Shown here: positions 63,192 to 64,000 of the stretch, piece by piece
Numbering within the stretch: the stretch's first letter is position 1
Layout: each line of letters starts with the position of its first letter
Origin: Microthyrium microscopicum
Taxonomy: Eukaryota
Assembly: GCA_010405405.1 (NCBI GenBank)
Contig: MU004234.1
Span: 2,577,697-2,641,696, forward strand
Length of the DNA: 64,000 nt
Direction: 5' to 3'
The notes under the pieces: model-generated
The model's database searches: none
The model's input: the letters and a program-made list of their open reading frames with translations, nothing else
Told to the model about the DNA's origin: nothing
Translations under genes and position numbers: made by a program

Positions 63192-64000
63192 TCTTTACAT
63201 GTACATCAGAAACACGAATTGACAGCTAAGTTCCAGTCTTGGGAATGCGTTTGGCGCAGGTTTGGACTTGTTCAATGACTGGACAGCTAGGGCCATTCCT
63301 TCGAACGGGTACAAATATAGAACGCCTTGTCTTGGATGGACCCAGGAAGATGATCTTGTTGTCGCTGTTGCAGTGACGATCTAATGTATTGAATACAGTT
63401 CTTAGGAATGAAAACTAATGATTTTCATGACAATGTTTGATACATATATGACTGCAAAGTCATCTCTTAAGAATGGTGGAGTACTGTAGGCAACAACTGG
63501 AAGCTCGATTTTGTTAGACTTCATTGCCATGATCGTAGGACATTCTAGTGCTGGAGTTTTGAATTCTGCCAGCTCTTGGAGACGTATTGATTTGCATAGA
63601 AATTCCGAAGTTTCCTGATCATTAAATGTCTGAAAATTGATCTTTCCATTCGTCGACTTGCGCTACCTGGCATTACCAATCGAAGGGAAGCAGAATGGTA
63701 TTCTAAAAGCGCTATATTCCAATTCCCGTCAAGGACAACACCAGGCATATTTAGTCACTTTGCTGGTTCGATTATACCAGCTATTTTCAAACGTATTTGC
63801 GATTGCTCTGAGTGCACATATATAAGTCTCTTCCATATACAGTTTTCACAACCGTCAATTATGCAACAGACTTGACTCTGTACCTACTTGACAGACTCGG
63901 TATATGTTGCCCTGCCGTTGTGGCGAAGAGACTGCAAATAGAATGCTTGGATCACATCATCCAAGAACTGACAGACCAGGCGAGTGGCGAATGAAAGGGA

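Noticed and set aside
63545..64000. Possible 3' end of a minus-strand gene entering from the right edge
   Set aside because: Truncated, with no motif to support it.
1..64000. tRNA, rRNA, spliceosomal snRNA, TPP riboswitch, telomere repeats, CRISPR arrays, transposase or RT ORFs
   Set aside because: None recognised by eye. A covariance-model scan is needed to exclude small RNAs.

Overview
Intron-rich eukaryotic DNA from a filamentous ascomycete (Pezizomycotina). This is inferred from GT-AG introns with CTRAY branch points, Zn2Cys6/HET/cutinase genes and RIP-like damage in the transposons. About 21 protein-coding genes were reconstructed by hand. Housekeeping genes: glyoxalase I, a Roadblock/LAMTOR2-like protein, a Ubc6-type E2, a DUF1752/DUF3295 regulator, a CHY zinc-finger protein, CCT5, HP1/Swi6, a PQ-loop transporter and TAF14. 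Accessory genes: Zn2Cys6 TF, beta-carbonic anhydrase, DHA1 MFS transporter, bacterial-looking beta-lactamase-family hydrolase, cutinase, P450, HET protein, a HeLo-like protein and an 8-Cys secreted protein that the ORF track misses. Two short RIP-damaged DNA transposons (Tc1/mariner-type and hAT-type) sit in the P450 promoter. Best leads: (1) four long, structured introns packed into the converging 3' ends of the CHY and CCT5 genes, which are candidate intron-encoded ncRNAs; (2) a 120-codon in-frame acidic extension behind a TAG in the Roadblock gene; (3) two accessory genes each bracketed by diverged direct repeats; (4) the secreted 8-Cys protein with a helical insert, tail-to-tail with the HET gene. 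All exon models, alignments and family calls were made by eye; no database search or folding program was run.
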